Of a DNA stretch of 61,743 nucleotides, positions 37,485 to 46,438 are shown one piece after another (position 1 is the stretch's first letter; every line of letters starts with the position of its first letter). The notes beneath the pieces were generated by a model. The model was not told where the DNA came from. It made no database searches and worked only from the letters and a program-made list of their open reading frames with translations. Position numbers and translations under genes: made by a program. The stretch is from an uncultured Iamiaceae bacterium. GTDB taxonomy: Bacteria > Actinomycetota > Acidimicrobiia > Acidimicrobiales > SKKL01. The stretch is from positions 56,243 to 117,985 of the forward strand of contig CAZAVX010000002.1 in the NCBI GenBank assembly GCA_964488835.1, in the 5' to 3' direction.

Positions 37485-38285
37485 TCACTCGCTGGCGGGG
37501 GTGGCGGAGGTGACTCGGCGGGACGTGATGGCCCGGAGGAGCTCGGCGAACTCGTCGGCGGCCTCGCGAGCGCCGGGCCGATTGCCGAGGGCGTGGACGG
37601 GGAGCGACTGGGCGCCGGCCTCGGTGATGGCCGCGCGCTGGCGGATCGGCGGCAGGGTGAGCTCGCCGTGGTCGCTCTGGATCTGCGCGTGCCAGTAGGC
37701 GGCGTCGCGGGTGCGCCCCAGGTTGTTGACGACGATGCCGGTGACCCGGAGACCGTCGGGCTTGCGTCGCCCCACCCGCTCGATGGTGGTGAGCACCTGT
37801 TCGACACCGTCGGACGCCCACGCCGACGGTGCGGTGACGACGAGCGCCTCGTCGGCACCGAAGAGGCCGTTCACCGTGAGGAGGCCGAGCGAGGGCGGGC
37901 AGTCGATGAGCACGAGATCGTGGTCGCACCCCTCGAGGGCGACGCGGAGGCGGTCCTGCGCGCCGATGGGATCGGTGGCGAGCTGGGGCTCACGCTGGGC
38001 GAGCGAGGGGCTCGACGGGATCACATCGGGTGGGGAGCCCACCGGTGCCGGCCAGCCCGACGCGACGATGACCTCACCCGCGCCGCCGGGTCGCTCCTCG
38101 GCGAGGAGGTGGTCGACGGTGTGCACCGGCTCCCACACGGCGAGCCCGGTGGTGGCGTTCGCCTGGGGATCGAGGTCGACCACGAGGACCCTGCGGCCGG
38201 CGAGCGAGGCGGCGGCAGCGAGTCCGAGGGCCACCGTCGTCTTGCCGACGCCGCCCTTCTGGTTGACCACGGCGATGCGAACCAT
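37485..38285 (-). CDS. ParA/Soj/MinD-family ATPase (orphan, no ParB partner adjacent)
   Basis: ATG at 38285 within ORF 37485..38522. Deviant Walker A NQKGGVGKTT. Walker A' VLVVDLDPQANAT. Walker B LVLIDCPPSLG. 266 aa. Confidence 0.85.
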   Translation of the reverse strand: MVRIAVVNQKGGVGKTTVALGLAAAASLAGRRVLVVDLDPQANATTGLAVWEPVHTVDHLLAEERPGGAGEVIVASGWPAPVGSPPDVIPSSPSLAQREPQLATDPIGAQDRLRVALEGCDHDLVLIDCPPSLGLLTVNGLFGADEALVVTAPSAWASDGVEQVLTTIERVGRRKPDGLRVTGIVVNNLGRTRDAAYWHAQIQSDHGELTLPPIRQRAAITEAGAQSLPVHALGNRPGAREAADEFAELLRAITSRRVTSATPASE

Positions 38286-38340
38286 CGAGGTGAACCGTAC
38301 CAAGCCGACGGCCCGAGGCCCGGCGGTGTGGTGACGGTGC

Positions 38341-39969
38341 TCAGAACAGCTCGGTGAAGTCGCGTGCGTCGAGCGGGCGCGCGTAGAGGTAGCCCTGGGC
38401 GGCGTCGCAGCCGAGCGAACGGAGCAACTCGTGCTGGGCGACCCGCTCGACGCCGACGGCGATGGTCGACATGTCGAGCCGGTGCGCCAGGGTGATCGTC
38501 GACGCGACGATGGCCTCGGCACGCGGGTCGTGGTCGACGGCGTGGACGAGCTCGCGGTCGATCTTCACGAACCGCACCGGGAACCGACGCAGGCCGCCGA
38601 GCGACGAGGCGTCGGTGCCGAAGTCGTCGAGCCCGAGGGCGACGCCCATCTCGGTGAGCTCGGCGATGACCGCGTCGATCGCCGGGGTGAGCCCGAGCAG
38701 GACGCTCCCGGTGAGCTCGAAGCTGAGGCGCCGCGGCGACACGTTGGTGGCTGCCAGCGCGTGGCGCAGGGCGTCGATGAAGTCGTGATTGCCGAGCTGG
38801 ACCGGGGAGATGTTCACCGACACCCGGAAGTGCTCGTCGTCGCCGAGGCGTTCCTCCCACACCGCGATCTGCGAGGTGGTCTCCTCCAGGACGTAGCGGC
38901 CGAGCCGGGCGATGAGCCCGCTGTCCTCGGCGGCGTCGACGAGCGCCGCGGGGCTGAGGGCGGCCCGCTCGACCCCGCTCATCCGCATCAGCGCCTCGGC
39001 GGCGGCGACGCGACCGGTGTCGAGCGCGTAGACCGGCTGGTAGTGCAGCTCGAGGGTGCCCGCCGAGAGGGCGCGTCGGAGCTGCTGGGCGGTGGAGAGC
39101 TGGCGAGCGACCCGCGCTTCGAGCTTCGAGCCGAAGACCTCGACCCGGTCGCGTCCGTGGTCCTTGCCGGCGAAGAGGGCGGTGTCGGCGTCGCGGAGGA
39201 GGTGCTCGGCGGCGGTGCCCGCTCCGGCGGCGGCGACCCCGACGGTGGCGGTGAGCGTGATCCGGTCGCCGCCGACCTCGATCGGCTCGCCCACGACCTC
39301 GCGGACCCGCTCGGCCACCGCACGCGCCTCGTCGAGCCCGGCCACCCGGTCGAGGACCACCGCGAACTCGTCGCCGCCGAGCGGCGAGGCGAACGCGGGC
39401 GCGACGGTGTCGGCGACGCGCACGGCCATCGCGGCGAGCAGCTCGTCGCCCTTCTCGGCGCCGAGCAGGTCGTTGTGGTGCTTGAAGCGGTCGAGATCGA
39501 CGAGGAGGAGGGCCACGAGCCCGTCGCCCACCTGCGAGAGCGCCGCGCCGACGGCCTCGAGGACCGAGGCGCGAGCCAGCTGACCGGGGCTCATCGGGTG
39601 ATCCGCCGGGTCGAGGTCGGCCTCGACGCGCAGCTCGACCTCGCCGACCGGACGGATGACCGGACCCATCACCTCACCGGAGATCGCGAAGCGGTGGTAC
39701 TCCCAGCGGTCGTGGTTGCGGGCGAGGAGCGTGATCTCTGCCCGGAAGTCCGGGCGCTCCTGGGCGAGCGAGAGCAAGGTGGCCACGACCGACGCCTCGT
39801 CGGGGTGGATGAGGTCGGCGACATCGCCCCCGGGCGGCGCCTCGAGCGGGCGCGCCGGCAGGTCCGGCACCGGGCGACGGGTGCGCGGCCAGCCCGCCCG
39901 ATCGGCCGGACGACCGCCGGGCGCGAGGCTGCGCGCCGTCAGCTGCAACCGTCGTTCCCAGTGGTCCAT
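38341..39969 (-). CDS. GGDEF-EAL (diguanylate cyclase / phosphodiesterase) signalling protein with an N-terminal sensor region
   Basis: 542 aa. GGDEF motif in PLGGDEFAVV. EAL-domain motifs (ELHYQPV, EALMR, DDFGTD, VKIDR). N-terminal PAS-like region of about 150 aa. Confidence 0.9.
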   Translation of the reverse strand: MDHWERRLQLTARSLAPGGRPADRAGWPRTRRPVPDLPARPLEAPPGGDVADLIHPDEASVVATLLSLAQERPDFRAEITLLARNHDRWEYHRFAISGEVMGPVIRPVGEVELRVEADLDPADHPMSPGQLARASVLEAVGAALSQVGDGLVALLLVDLDRFKHHNDLLGAEKGDELLAAMAVRVADTVAPAFASPLGGDEFAVVLDRVAGLDEARAVAERVREVVGEPIEVGGDRITLTATVGVAAAGAGTAAEHLLRDADTALFAGKDHGRDRVEVFGSKLEARVARQLSTAQQLRRALSAGTLELHYQPVYALDTGRVAAAEALMRMSGVERAALSPAALVDAAEDSGLIARLGRYVLEETTSQIAVWEERLGDDEHFRVSVNISPVQLGNHDFIDALRHALAATNVSPRRLSFELTGSVLLGLTPAIDAVIAELTEMGVALGLDDFGTDASSLGGLRRFPVRFVKIDRELVHAVDHDPRAEAIVASTITLAHRLDMSTIAVGVERVAQHELLRSLGCDAAQGYLYARPLDARDFTELF

Positions 39970-40091
39970 CTGCCGTCCGCCCTCGTGTGTCGTGATCTGT
40001 CATCTCCCAATCGGCCGATCCGGAGGAATCCTGAACCTCCCGGGCCGACCGTGGTCGGCGGGCCCGAGCCGGCTGTGTAGCGTCGGCCGCC

Positions 40092-40616
40092 GTGGAGCGC
40101 TGCACCGAATGCGGGTTCGTGTACCCCGATCTCCCCCGTGAGGCCATCGCCGGCGCGCTCCGGTCGGTGGCCGCCCAGTACCGCTCGCGTCTCGTCGGCG
40201 TCGACGGCTCGCGGGTGCGACACCGGCCGCGACCCGTCGTGTGGTCGCCGCTCGAGTACGCCGCCCACGTGCGCGACGTCCTCGCCGAACAGCGACGGCG
40301 TGCCGGTCGTGCCCTCACCGAGACCCTCCCGCGCTACGGCACGATGCGACCCGAGGAGCTCGTCACCGAGCGCGCGTACAACGCCGACGACCCGGCGGCC
40401 GTCGTCGCGGCGATCGAAGCGAACGCCGAGGCGCTCGCCGCGCTCTTCGAGTCGCTCGACCCCGACGGATGGGCCCGCGGCGGTGTCTACAACTGGCCGA
40501 CCGAGCAGGTGCGCGACCTCGTGTGGCTCGGCCGCCACACCGTCCACGAGCTCGCCCACCACCTCCTCGACGTGTCCCGCGGCCTCGACGGGACGCCCGC
40601 TCGGGCCTCGGGCTGA
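40092..40616 (+). CDS. DinB-family protein with an N-terminal CxxC zinc-ribbon-like motif
   Basis: 174 aa, non-ATG start. The N-terminus ERCTECGFVY and the C-terminal segment HTVHELAHHLLD are typical of the DinB_2-type four-helix bundle. Confidence 0.7.
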   Translation: MERCTECGFVYPDLPREAIAGALRSVAAQYRSRLVGVDGSRVRHRPRPVVWSPLEYAAHVRDVLAEQRRRAGRALTETLPRYGTMRPEELVTERAYNADDPAAVVAAIEANAEALAALFESLDPDGWARGGVYNWPTEQVRDLVWLGRHTVHELAHHLLDVSRGLDGTPARASG

Positions 40617-40647
40617 GCCTCCGGGCGCGACAGTCGCGGCGCGGCCG

Positions 40648-41298
40648 TCAGGGCGCGATCGCGCCGAGGTCGCCGAAGCCGGTCCGCAGGTCGTCGACGC
40701 GATCGCCCCCGCCGTCGAGGGCGACGACCCACCGGCCGAGGACCAGCGCCCCCGGCCGGGCGAGCGCGGCGGCATCGCGGGGCGCGGGCGCGGCGTACTC
40801 GCGCACCTCGATCTCGACGGGCTCGACGCGCGCGGGGCAACCGGGCTCGGCCACGAGGTAGACGAACCCGAAGGTGAACCCCTCCCCCGGCGGATCGGGC
40901 ACCGGGCGGATCTCACAGACCCCGTGGCCACGCGTGCCGATCATCCGCCAGATCTCGTCGTAGCGGTGCGCCTCGAACGGTGCGTCGAGGCTCCGCGCGG
41001 GAGCGGGCGCAGCATGGGGCACGTCGAAGGGCGGGTACGGCCACGGGCAGCCGGCGTCGACCATCTCGTCGGCCATCACCGCGTTCCACATCATCGTCGC
41101 GTGCCCGGCGTGGACCGAGGCGCACTCGCCCTCGAGCCCGACGGCAGCCACCGTGCTGGCCGCCGAGGAGGCGTCCGCACGTCCTCCCTCGCCGGCGCGG
41201 TCGTCGCCGCCGACGAGCGCGACGACGAGGACGAGCAACGCCGCCGCGGCGGCGAGCCCGCCGACGACGACCACCGGGAGCCGCCGAGTGGGCGTCAA
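40648..41298 (-). CDS. Membrane-anchored Cys/His-containing protein of unknown function, coupled to the SbcC-like gene
   Basis: Part of ORF 40648..41403. I favour the TTG at 41298, which overlaps the upstream TGA (TTGA). The longer form would overlap the SbcC-like gene by about 108 nt. Anchor LPVVVVGGLAAAAALLVLVVALV, then a domain of about 170 aa with four Cys and several His. The start is uncertain. Confidence 0.5.
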   Translation of the reverse strand: MTPTRRLPVVVVGGLAAAAALLVLVVALVGGDDRAGEGGRADASSAASTVAAVGLEGECASVHAGHATMMWNAVMADEMVDAGCPWPYPPFDVPHAAPAPARSLDAPFEAHRYDEIWRMIGTRGHGVCEIRPVPDPPGEGFTFGFVYLVAEPGCPARVEPVEIEVREYAAPAPRDAAALARPGALVLGRWVVALDGGGDRVDDLRTGFGDLGAIAP

Positions 41299-44200
41299 CC
41301 GCCGCGGCGACCTCGACGCGGACGGCCGCCGTGACGCGGCAGCTCGATCACCCTCGCATCGGGCCGGGCCTCGAGCATGGTGGCGACGCTCGACGGCTGG
41401 CACGAGAAGAGCAGCACCTGGTGGGAGTCGGCGAGCTCGGCGAGCACCTGGGCCATGGCGGCGGTGCGCTCGGGGTCGAAGTTCACGAGCACGTCGTCCA
41501 TGACGAACGGCAGTGGCGTGTGCGACGCGAACTCGGCGGCGAGACCGAACCGCACGCAGAGGTAGAGCTGCTCGGCGGTGCCTCGCGAGAGGTCGACCGT
41601 CGACAGCTGGTTGCCGGCGTGGTCGATGACCCGGACCTCACCGTCGGCGATGACGAGGTTCGGGTAGTGCCCGTCGGTGACCCGCTCGAACATCTTCTCG
41701 GCCCGGCTGAGGACGGCGGGCTGTCGCTCACGCTCGTAGCGGGCGAGCGTGTCGGCGATGAGCGCTTTCGCCGCGGTCAGGGTCTGCCACTCGGCGACCC
41801 GCTCGGCGAGCCGGGTGCGGGAGGTCTCGAGCCGCAGCGCGGCGTCGGCCACCGCGGCCGACCGGGCGAGCTCGTCGAGGGCGCGGGCGGCGTCGTGGTG
41901 GCGGCGGATCGCCTCCTCGTGCTCGGCCTCCAGCTCCGGGAGCCGGGCGCCAGCCTCGGCGAGGGCGGCGTCCCATCCCGCACGGTCGCCCCGCTCGAGC
42001 TCGGCGAGCACCGGCGCCGCCGCCTCGCCCCGGCCGAGCGCGGCGTGGATCTTCTCCTGTGCGGTGTTGCGCTCGGACTGCAGCTCGATCACGCGCCGGC
42101 GGCGCTCGAGGATGGCCCGGTACTGCACGTCGTCGTCGGCGCCGACCGCGGCGAGCAGCTCGGCGTGCTCCTGTGACGCCGAGTCGAGCCGCTCCTGTGC
42201 GAGGAGGGCCCGCTGGTTGGCCTCGTCGAGGGCGGCGGTGCGCTCGTCGAGGGCCTGGCGGGCGGCCGCGTCGTCGTCGACACGCTCGGCGAGGATCCGC
42301 AGCCGCGAGGAGAGGTCGAGGTCCTCGTCGGGCAGCGACTCGTCGACCCGGGCGAGGGTGGCCCGCACCCGACCCCGCCAGGACTCGGCCTCGGCGAGCA
42401 CGTCGTGGTACTCCCGCTCGGTGCCCTGGAGGTTCCGGAGGGTGGTGCGTGCCCGTTCGATGGCGGTGAAGAGGTCGTTGATCGCCTCGATGCCGAGATC
42501 GGGTGGGACCTCCCGCTCCTTCTTCCAGGTGGCCCACTCCTCCTGCTCGCGGGCGACCTTGCCCGAGAGCACGTCGATCTCGGTCTCGAGCTCGTCGAGG
42601 CGTTTGGTGGCCTCGCGGATGTCGGCGGTGAGCTCGGTGGCGCGGGTGCGGCGCTGGAGGGCGTCGCGGAGCTCCTGGTTCGACTTCTCGATCCGTGCCG
42701 CGCACTCCTCGACCTCGATGGCCGACGGTTCGGCGGACAGCCCGAGCTGGAGGGCGGTGGCCCGCACGCTGGTGCGCAGCATCTCGACCTTGTCGCGCGC
42801 GTCGGCGGCTGCCTGTTCGGCCTCGGCGATCTGCCGCACCACCGCGGCCTCGGACGAGTTCTTCGTGAGCGACCGTCCCCCGGCGAACACGACACCTGCG
42901 ACGACACCGAGCCCCGCCCCGACCGACAACAGGATCGTGGCCAGCTGCCCCGCCGCAGCGACGAGCGCCGCGACCCCCAGTGCGGCCGCGACCGCGCCAC
43001 CGACACCGAGCACCATCGCGGCGAGTCGGCTCCCACGACCGGCGTTCATCGACACCGGCGCCACCGCCTTCAGGCCGCTCAGCGTGCGCGTGGCACCCTC
43101 GAGGCGGGCGCTCTGGGTCCCGAGGTCGACGAGGTGTGCCCGCAGCTGACGGAGCGCACGCGACTCGCGGGCCGCGTCCTCGGCCGACGGGAGCCGCGGC
43201 ATGGTCTCGTTCTGCTGCTCGATCGCGGCGAGCTTGGTCTGGGTCTCGGCTCGGGTGCGGGCGAGGGCGATGCGCTCGTCCTGGAGGCGCTCGAGGCGGT
43301 TCTGCATGTCCTCGAGGCGGTGGCCGCGACGGCGCACCTCCTCGGCGGCAGGGATCGAGGCGTCGAACGCCGCGAGCTGGTCGCGGTCCCACTCGGGGCC
43401 GAGCGTGGCGAGCTGCTCGTCGAGGAGCTGGCGCTGGGTGGCGACCGCGTGTTCGAGCTCGCCGAGGCGCACCCGACGGGCCTCCTCGACCGCCAGCTCG
43501 CCGACGAGGGTGCGGACCTCCGGCGCCACGGCCGCGAGCTGGTCGTCGATGCGGATGGCGTCGCGCTTCTTCTCCGCGGCGCCGGCCGCGACGGTGGCCT
43601 CGTCGAGCGCACGCTGGGCGGCGGCCAGCTCGGCGGTGATGCGCTCGAAGCGGGTCTCGGTGGTGTCGTCGAGACCGTCGGGCACCTCGAGCCCGGCGAG
43701 CTCGTCGTCGATGTCGGCGATGCGGCTCCGCACCGGCCACACCTCGAGCAGCGAGCGGAGGCGATGCTGCTCCTCCCGGCAACGGTCGGCGGCCTGGCGT
43801 CTGGCCTCGGCCTCGGCGGCGAGGCGTTCGACCTCTGCCCGGCGGCGCACGAGCTCGGAGGCGGCGCTCTGGGCGGCGGCCAGCTCGCGACTCTCGGCGC
43901 GGACCTGTTCGGCGAGGTCGCGCACCTCGCACTTGCCGCGCGGGCGGACGAGCGCGGCCCGACGGGCGTCGAGCGCGGCGAGCGCGTCGCGCGCCGAGCG
44001 CCCCGCGCCGACGACACCGGCGGAGAAGATGCGCTCCCGAACGGCGTCGGAGTCGATGAACTCGAACTGGTCGAGCTCGGTGAGCCCGAAGGCGAACACG
44101 TTCGCGAAGAGCGTGGAGTCGGCGCTGCCGAGCAGGCGGGCGATCTCGCCGGGATCGGCGGTCGAGCCGTCGGGGCGCTTGAGGCTGAACGACTTCGGTT

Positions 44201-44468
44201 CGGCGTAGCGCTCGGCGGTCCACGTGCCGCCCTGCTCGTCGACGAGGAACACCGCACCGCCGTGTCGCCCGCCGTTGACCGGCTCGTGGCGACGCGCCCG
44301 CATGCGCCCGTCGGGGAAGCCGAACAACACGCCGCGGAGGAACGCGAGCAGGGTGCTCTTACCCGCCTCGTTCGGACCGGTGACGAGCGTGAGCCCCGTC
44401 GGGAGGTCCTCGACGGTGGCGTCGGAGAAGATCCCGAACCCGTCGATCCGCCAGCCTGAGATGCGCAC
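41295..44468 (-). CDS. SbcC/Rad50-like AAA ATPase (YhaN/SbcE-like) with a central double-TM hairpin
   Basis: 1057 aa. Walker A GPNEAGKST. Very long coiled-coil arms. C-terminal signature LSRGTAEQL and Walker B FVMDDVLVNFD. No CxxC zinc hook. Residues about 482-530 (nt 42879-43025) form two hydrophobic helices at the midpoint. Confidence 0.85.
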   Translation of the reverse strand: MRISGWRIDGFGIFSDATVEDLPTGLTLVTGPNEAGKSTLLAFLRGVLFGFPDGRMRARRHEPVNGGRHGGAVFLVDEQGGTWTAERYAEPKSFSLKRPDGSTADPGEIARLLGSADSTLFANVFAFGLTELDQFEFIDSDAVRERIFSAGVVGAGRSARDALAALDARRAALVRPRGKCEVRDLAEQVRAESRELAAAQSAASELVRRRAEVERLAAEAEARRQAADRCREEQHRLRSLLEVWPVRSRIADIDDELAGLEVPDGLDDTTETRFERITAELAAAQRALDEATVAAGAAEKKRDAIRIDDQLAAVAPEVRTLVGELAVEEARRVRLGELEHAVATQRQLLDEQLATLGPEWDRDQLAAFDASIPAAEEVRRRGHRLEDMQNRLERLQDERIALARTRAETQTKLAAIEQQNETMPRLPSAEDAARESRALRQLRAHLVDLGTQSARLEGATRTLSGLKAVAPVSMNAGRGSRLAAMVLGVGGAVAAALGVAALVAAAGQLATILLSVGAGLGVVAGVVFAGGRSLTKNSSEAAVVRQIAEAEQAAADARDKVEMLRTSVRATALQLGLSAEPSAIEVEECAARIEKSNQELRDALQRRTRATELTADIREATKRLDELETEIDVLSGKVAREQEEWATWKKEREVPPDLGIEAINDLFTAIERARTTLRNLQGTEREYHDVLAEAESWRGRVRATLARVDESLPDEDLDLSSRLRILAERVDDDAAARQALDERTAALDEANQRALLAQERLDSASQEHAELLAAVGADDDVQYRAILERRRRVIELQSERNTAQEKIHAALGRGEAAAPVLAELERGDRAGWDAALAEAGARLPELEAEHEEAIRRHHDAARALDELARSAAVADAALRLETSRTRLAERVAEWQTLTAAKALIADTLARYERERQPAVLSRAEKMFERVTDGHYPNLVIADGEVRVIDHAGNQLSTVDLSRGTAEQLYLCVRFGLAAEFASHTPLPFVMDDVLVNFDPERTAAMAQVLAELADSHQVLLFSCQPSSVATMLEARPDARVIELPRHGGRPRRGRRGG

Positions 44469-44480
44469 GTGGCCTCCGTG

Positions 44481-45743
44481 TCAGCTCTCGTCGCCCACGA
44501 CCAGCTCGATGGCCAGCTGCTGCGCGTGCAGCCAGCGGTCGGGGTCGGTGGCATCGGGTAGGTGGTCGCCGAGCAGGTGTGCGAGGTCGGAGGGGAGCTC
44601 GTCACCCCACTCGTCGACCCGTCGCCGGCGGGCCTCGACGTCGTCGAGGAGACCGGCCGCCTCGTCGACGAGGTCGGCGACGAAGTCGTTGCGGCCCTGC
44701 AACTCGTCGAGGTCGCGGACCGGCCGGGTGTTCACCGTGACGCGGTCCCACCACAGCAGCGGTGGTTCGCTGACCGACTCGGCCCGCAGGGCGTCGACGA
44801 GCTCGACGAGCGCGCCGGGCCGGTGCAGCTCGTCGTGGACCGGCCCACGGCCGACGAGGTCGACGCCGAGCACCACCGACCGGCCGTCGGCCTCGGCGAG
44901 GCGCGCCCGACCGAGGTCGACGAGACGGTCGCGGAGGATGGCGAGGTCGGCGATGCCGTCGATGAGTTGGTCGACGTGGTCGAGGCGCACCCGCTCGAGG
45001 GAGATCAGCTCGGCATCGGTGACCACGCCCTCGTCGACCTCGACGAGGACGGCACCCTTCGGCCCCATCTCGTCGGGCGCGACGCGCCGCGCCTGGAGGG
45101 TGCCGGGGTGGACGACCCACGGCTCGCGGTGCAGGACCTGGAAGTGGTGGTGATGGCCGAGCGCCCAGTAGTCGATGCCGGACTCGGTGAGCGTGTCGAG
45201 CGTGGTGGGAGCCACCTCCCCCTCGACGGTGGCGTGCACCACGCCGATGTGCAGACCGGGGTGCTCGGTGCGAACGAGTCGCGCGGCGAGGTCGTCGGTG
45301 GCCGAGCGGGTGGTGTGGCTGATGCCGTGGACGGTGGCGAGGGTGGTTCCGTCGCGCTCGACGGTGACGGTGAGCGGCTCGTCGGCGGGGAAGAGCGTGA
45401 CGAGCCCGGGCCAGTCGCGCACCGCCGTCCACCCCTCGTCGAGCGGGTCGTCGTCGCCGAGCGCGAGGAAGGTGTGGATGCCGCGGTCGGCGAGCTCGGT
45501 GAGCCCCTCGAGCAGGGCGACCTGAGCCCGTACGCCGTCGATCGCGCCGCGGTAGATGCCGCCCGCGAGGACGACGAAGGCGACGTCGCGGGCGATGGCG
45601 AGGCGCACGAGTGCGTCGAAGGCGGAGAGGCTCGCGTCGCGGAGAACCCCCGCGACCTCCGGTGCGGTGGCACTCATCCCGGTGAACGGCTCGTCGAGGT
45701 GGAGATCGCCGGCATGGAGGAACCGAAACGTCACGGCCCGCAT
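44481..45743 (-). CDS. SbcD/Mre11-like calcineurin-fold metallophosphoesterase (YhaO/SbcF-like exonuclease)
   Basis: ATG at 45743 within ORF 44481..45830. Phosphoesterase motifs HAGDLHLD, VVLAGGI, ALGDDD, ALGHHH. 420 aa. It ends 13 nt upstream of the SbcC-like start. Confidence 0.85.
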   Translation of the reverse strand: MRAVTFRFLHAGDLHLDEPFTGMSATAPEVAGVLRDASLSAFDALVRLAIARDVAFVVLAGGIYRGAIDGVRAQVALLEGLTELADRGIHTFLALGDDDPLDEGWTAVRDWPGLVTLFPADEPLTVTVERDGTTLATVHGISHTTRSATDDLAARLVRTEHPGLHIGVVHATVEGEVAPTTLDTLTESGIDYWALGHHHHFQVLHREPWVVHPGTLQARRVAPDEMGPKGAVLVEVDEGVVTDAELISLERVRLDHVDQLIDGIADLAILRDRLVDLGRARLAEADGRSVVLGVDLVGRGPVHDELHRPGALVELVDALRAESVSEPPLLWWDRVTVNTRPVRDLDELQGRNDFVADLVDEAAGLLDDVEARRRRVDEWGDELPSDLAHLLGDHLPDATDPDRWLHAQQLAIELVVGDES

Positions 45744-45816
45744 GGTAGGCGCTCGGCTACCCCTGAGTAGGCTGGGACTCGGAGCCCCGGCACGTGCAGG
45801 ACGACGAGGAGCCGCT

Positions 45817-46431
45817 GTGACCGCCGACACCAGTCTCTACGGACCGACGACCGCCCTGGTGGTCGTCGACATGCAGAACGACTTCGTGCACCCCGACGGC
45901 TCCCTCTTCGTGTCGGGCGGACCCGAGGCGGTCGCGAGGGTCAACGCCGAGATCGAGAGCGCCCGCCGCGCCGGGTCGCCGGTGATCTACACCCAGGACT
46001 GGCACCCGCCCGAGACACCGCACTTCGTCGAGCGGGGCGGCACCTGGCCGCCACATTGCGTGCGCGACACCTGGGGCGCCGAGCTCCACGACGACCTCCT
46101 CGTGCCCGACGAGCCCGTCGTGGTGAAGAAGGGCATCGGGCTCGAGGACGGCTACTCGGGCTTCACGGTCTACGACCTCGAAGCCGGAGCCGACCAGCCC
46201 ACCGAGCTCGACGGCCTCCTCCGGGAGGCGGGCATCGAGCGGGTCGTGGTGGTGGGCGTCGCCACCGACGTGTGCGTGAAGGCGACCGCGCTCGACGCCG
46301 TGCGATTGGGGTACGACACCGTCGTCGTGCCCGAGGCCACCGCAGCGGTGGAGCTCGAGCCCGGCGACCGCGACCGCGCCATCGAGGAGATGCGCGCCGG
46401 CGGCGTGGCGATGGCCACCGAGGCTGCGTGA
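45817..46431 (+). CDS. pncA: Nicotinamidase / isochorismatase-family hydrolase
   Basis: GTG at 45817 preceded by GACGAGGAG. Motifs VVVDMQNDF, QDWHP, KKG..., and catalytic Cys in VGVATDVCV. It sits immediately upstream of pncB. 204 aa. Confidence 0.8.
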   Translation: MTADTSLYGPTTALVVVDMQNDFVHPDGSLFVSGGPEAVARVNAEIESARRAGSPVIYTQDWHPPETPHFVERGGTWPPHCVRDTWGAELHDDLLVPDEPVVVKKGIGLEDGYSGFTVYDLEAGADQPTELDGLLREAGIERVVVVGVATDVCVKATALDAVRLGYDTVVVPEATAAVELEPGDRDRAIEEMRAGGVAMATEAA

Positions 46432-46438
46432 GCCAGCG

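Noticed and set aside
41299-41403. The longer form of the membrane protein gene (start at 41403), overlapping the SbcC-like gene by about 108 nt.
   Set aside because: The extension is Arg-rich and lies within the well-supported C-terminal ATPase domain coding region. A TTG overlapping the upstream TGA gives a conventional coupled start. The start remains uncertain.
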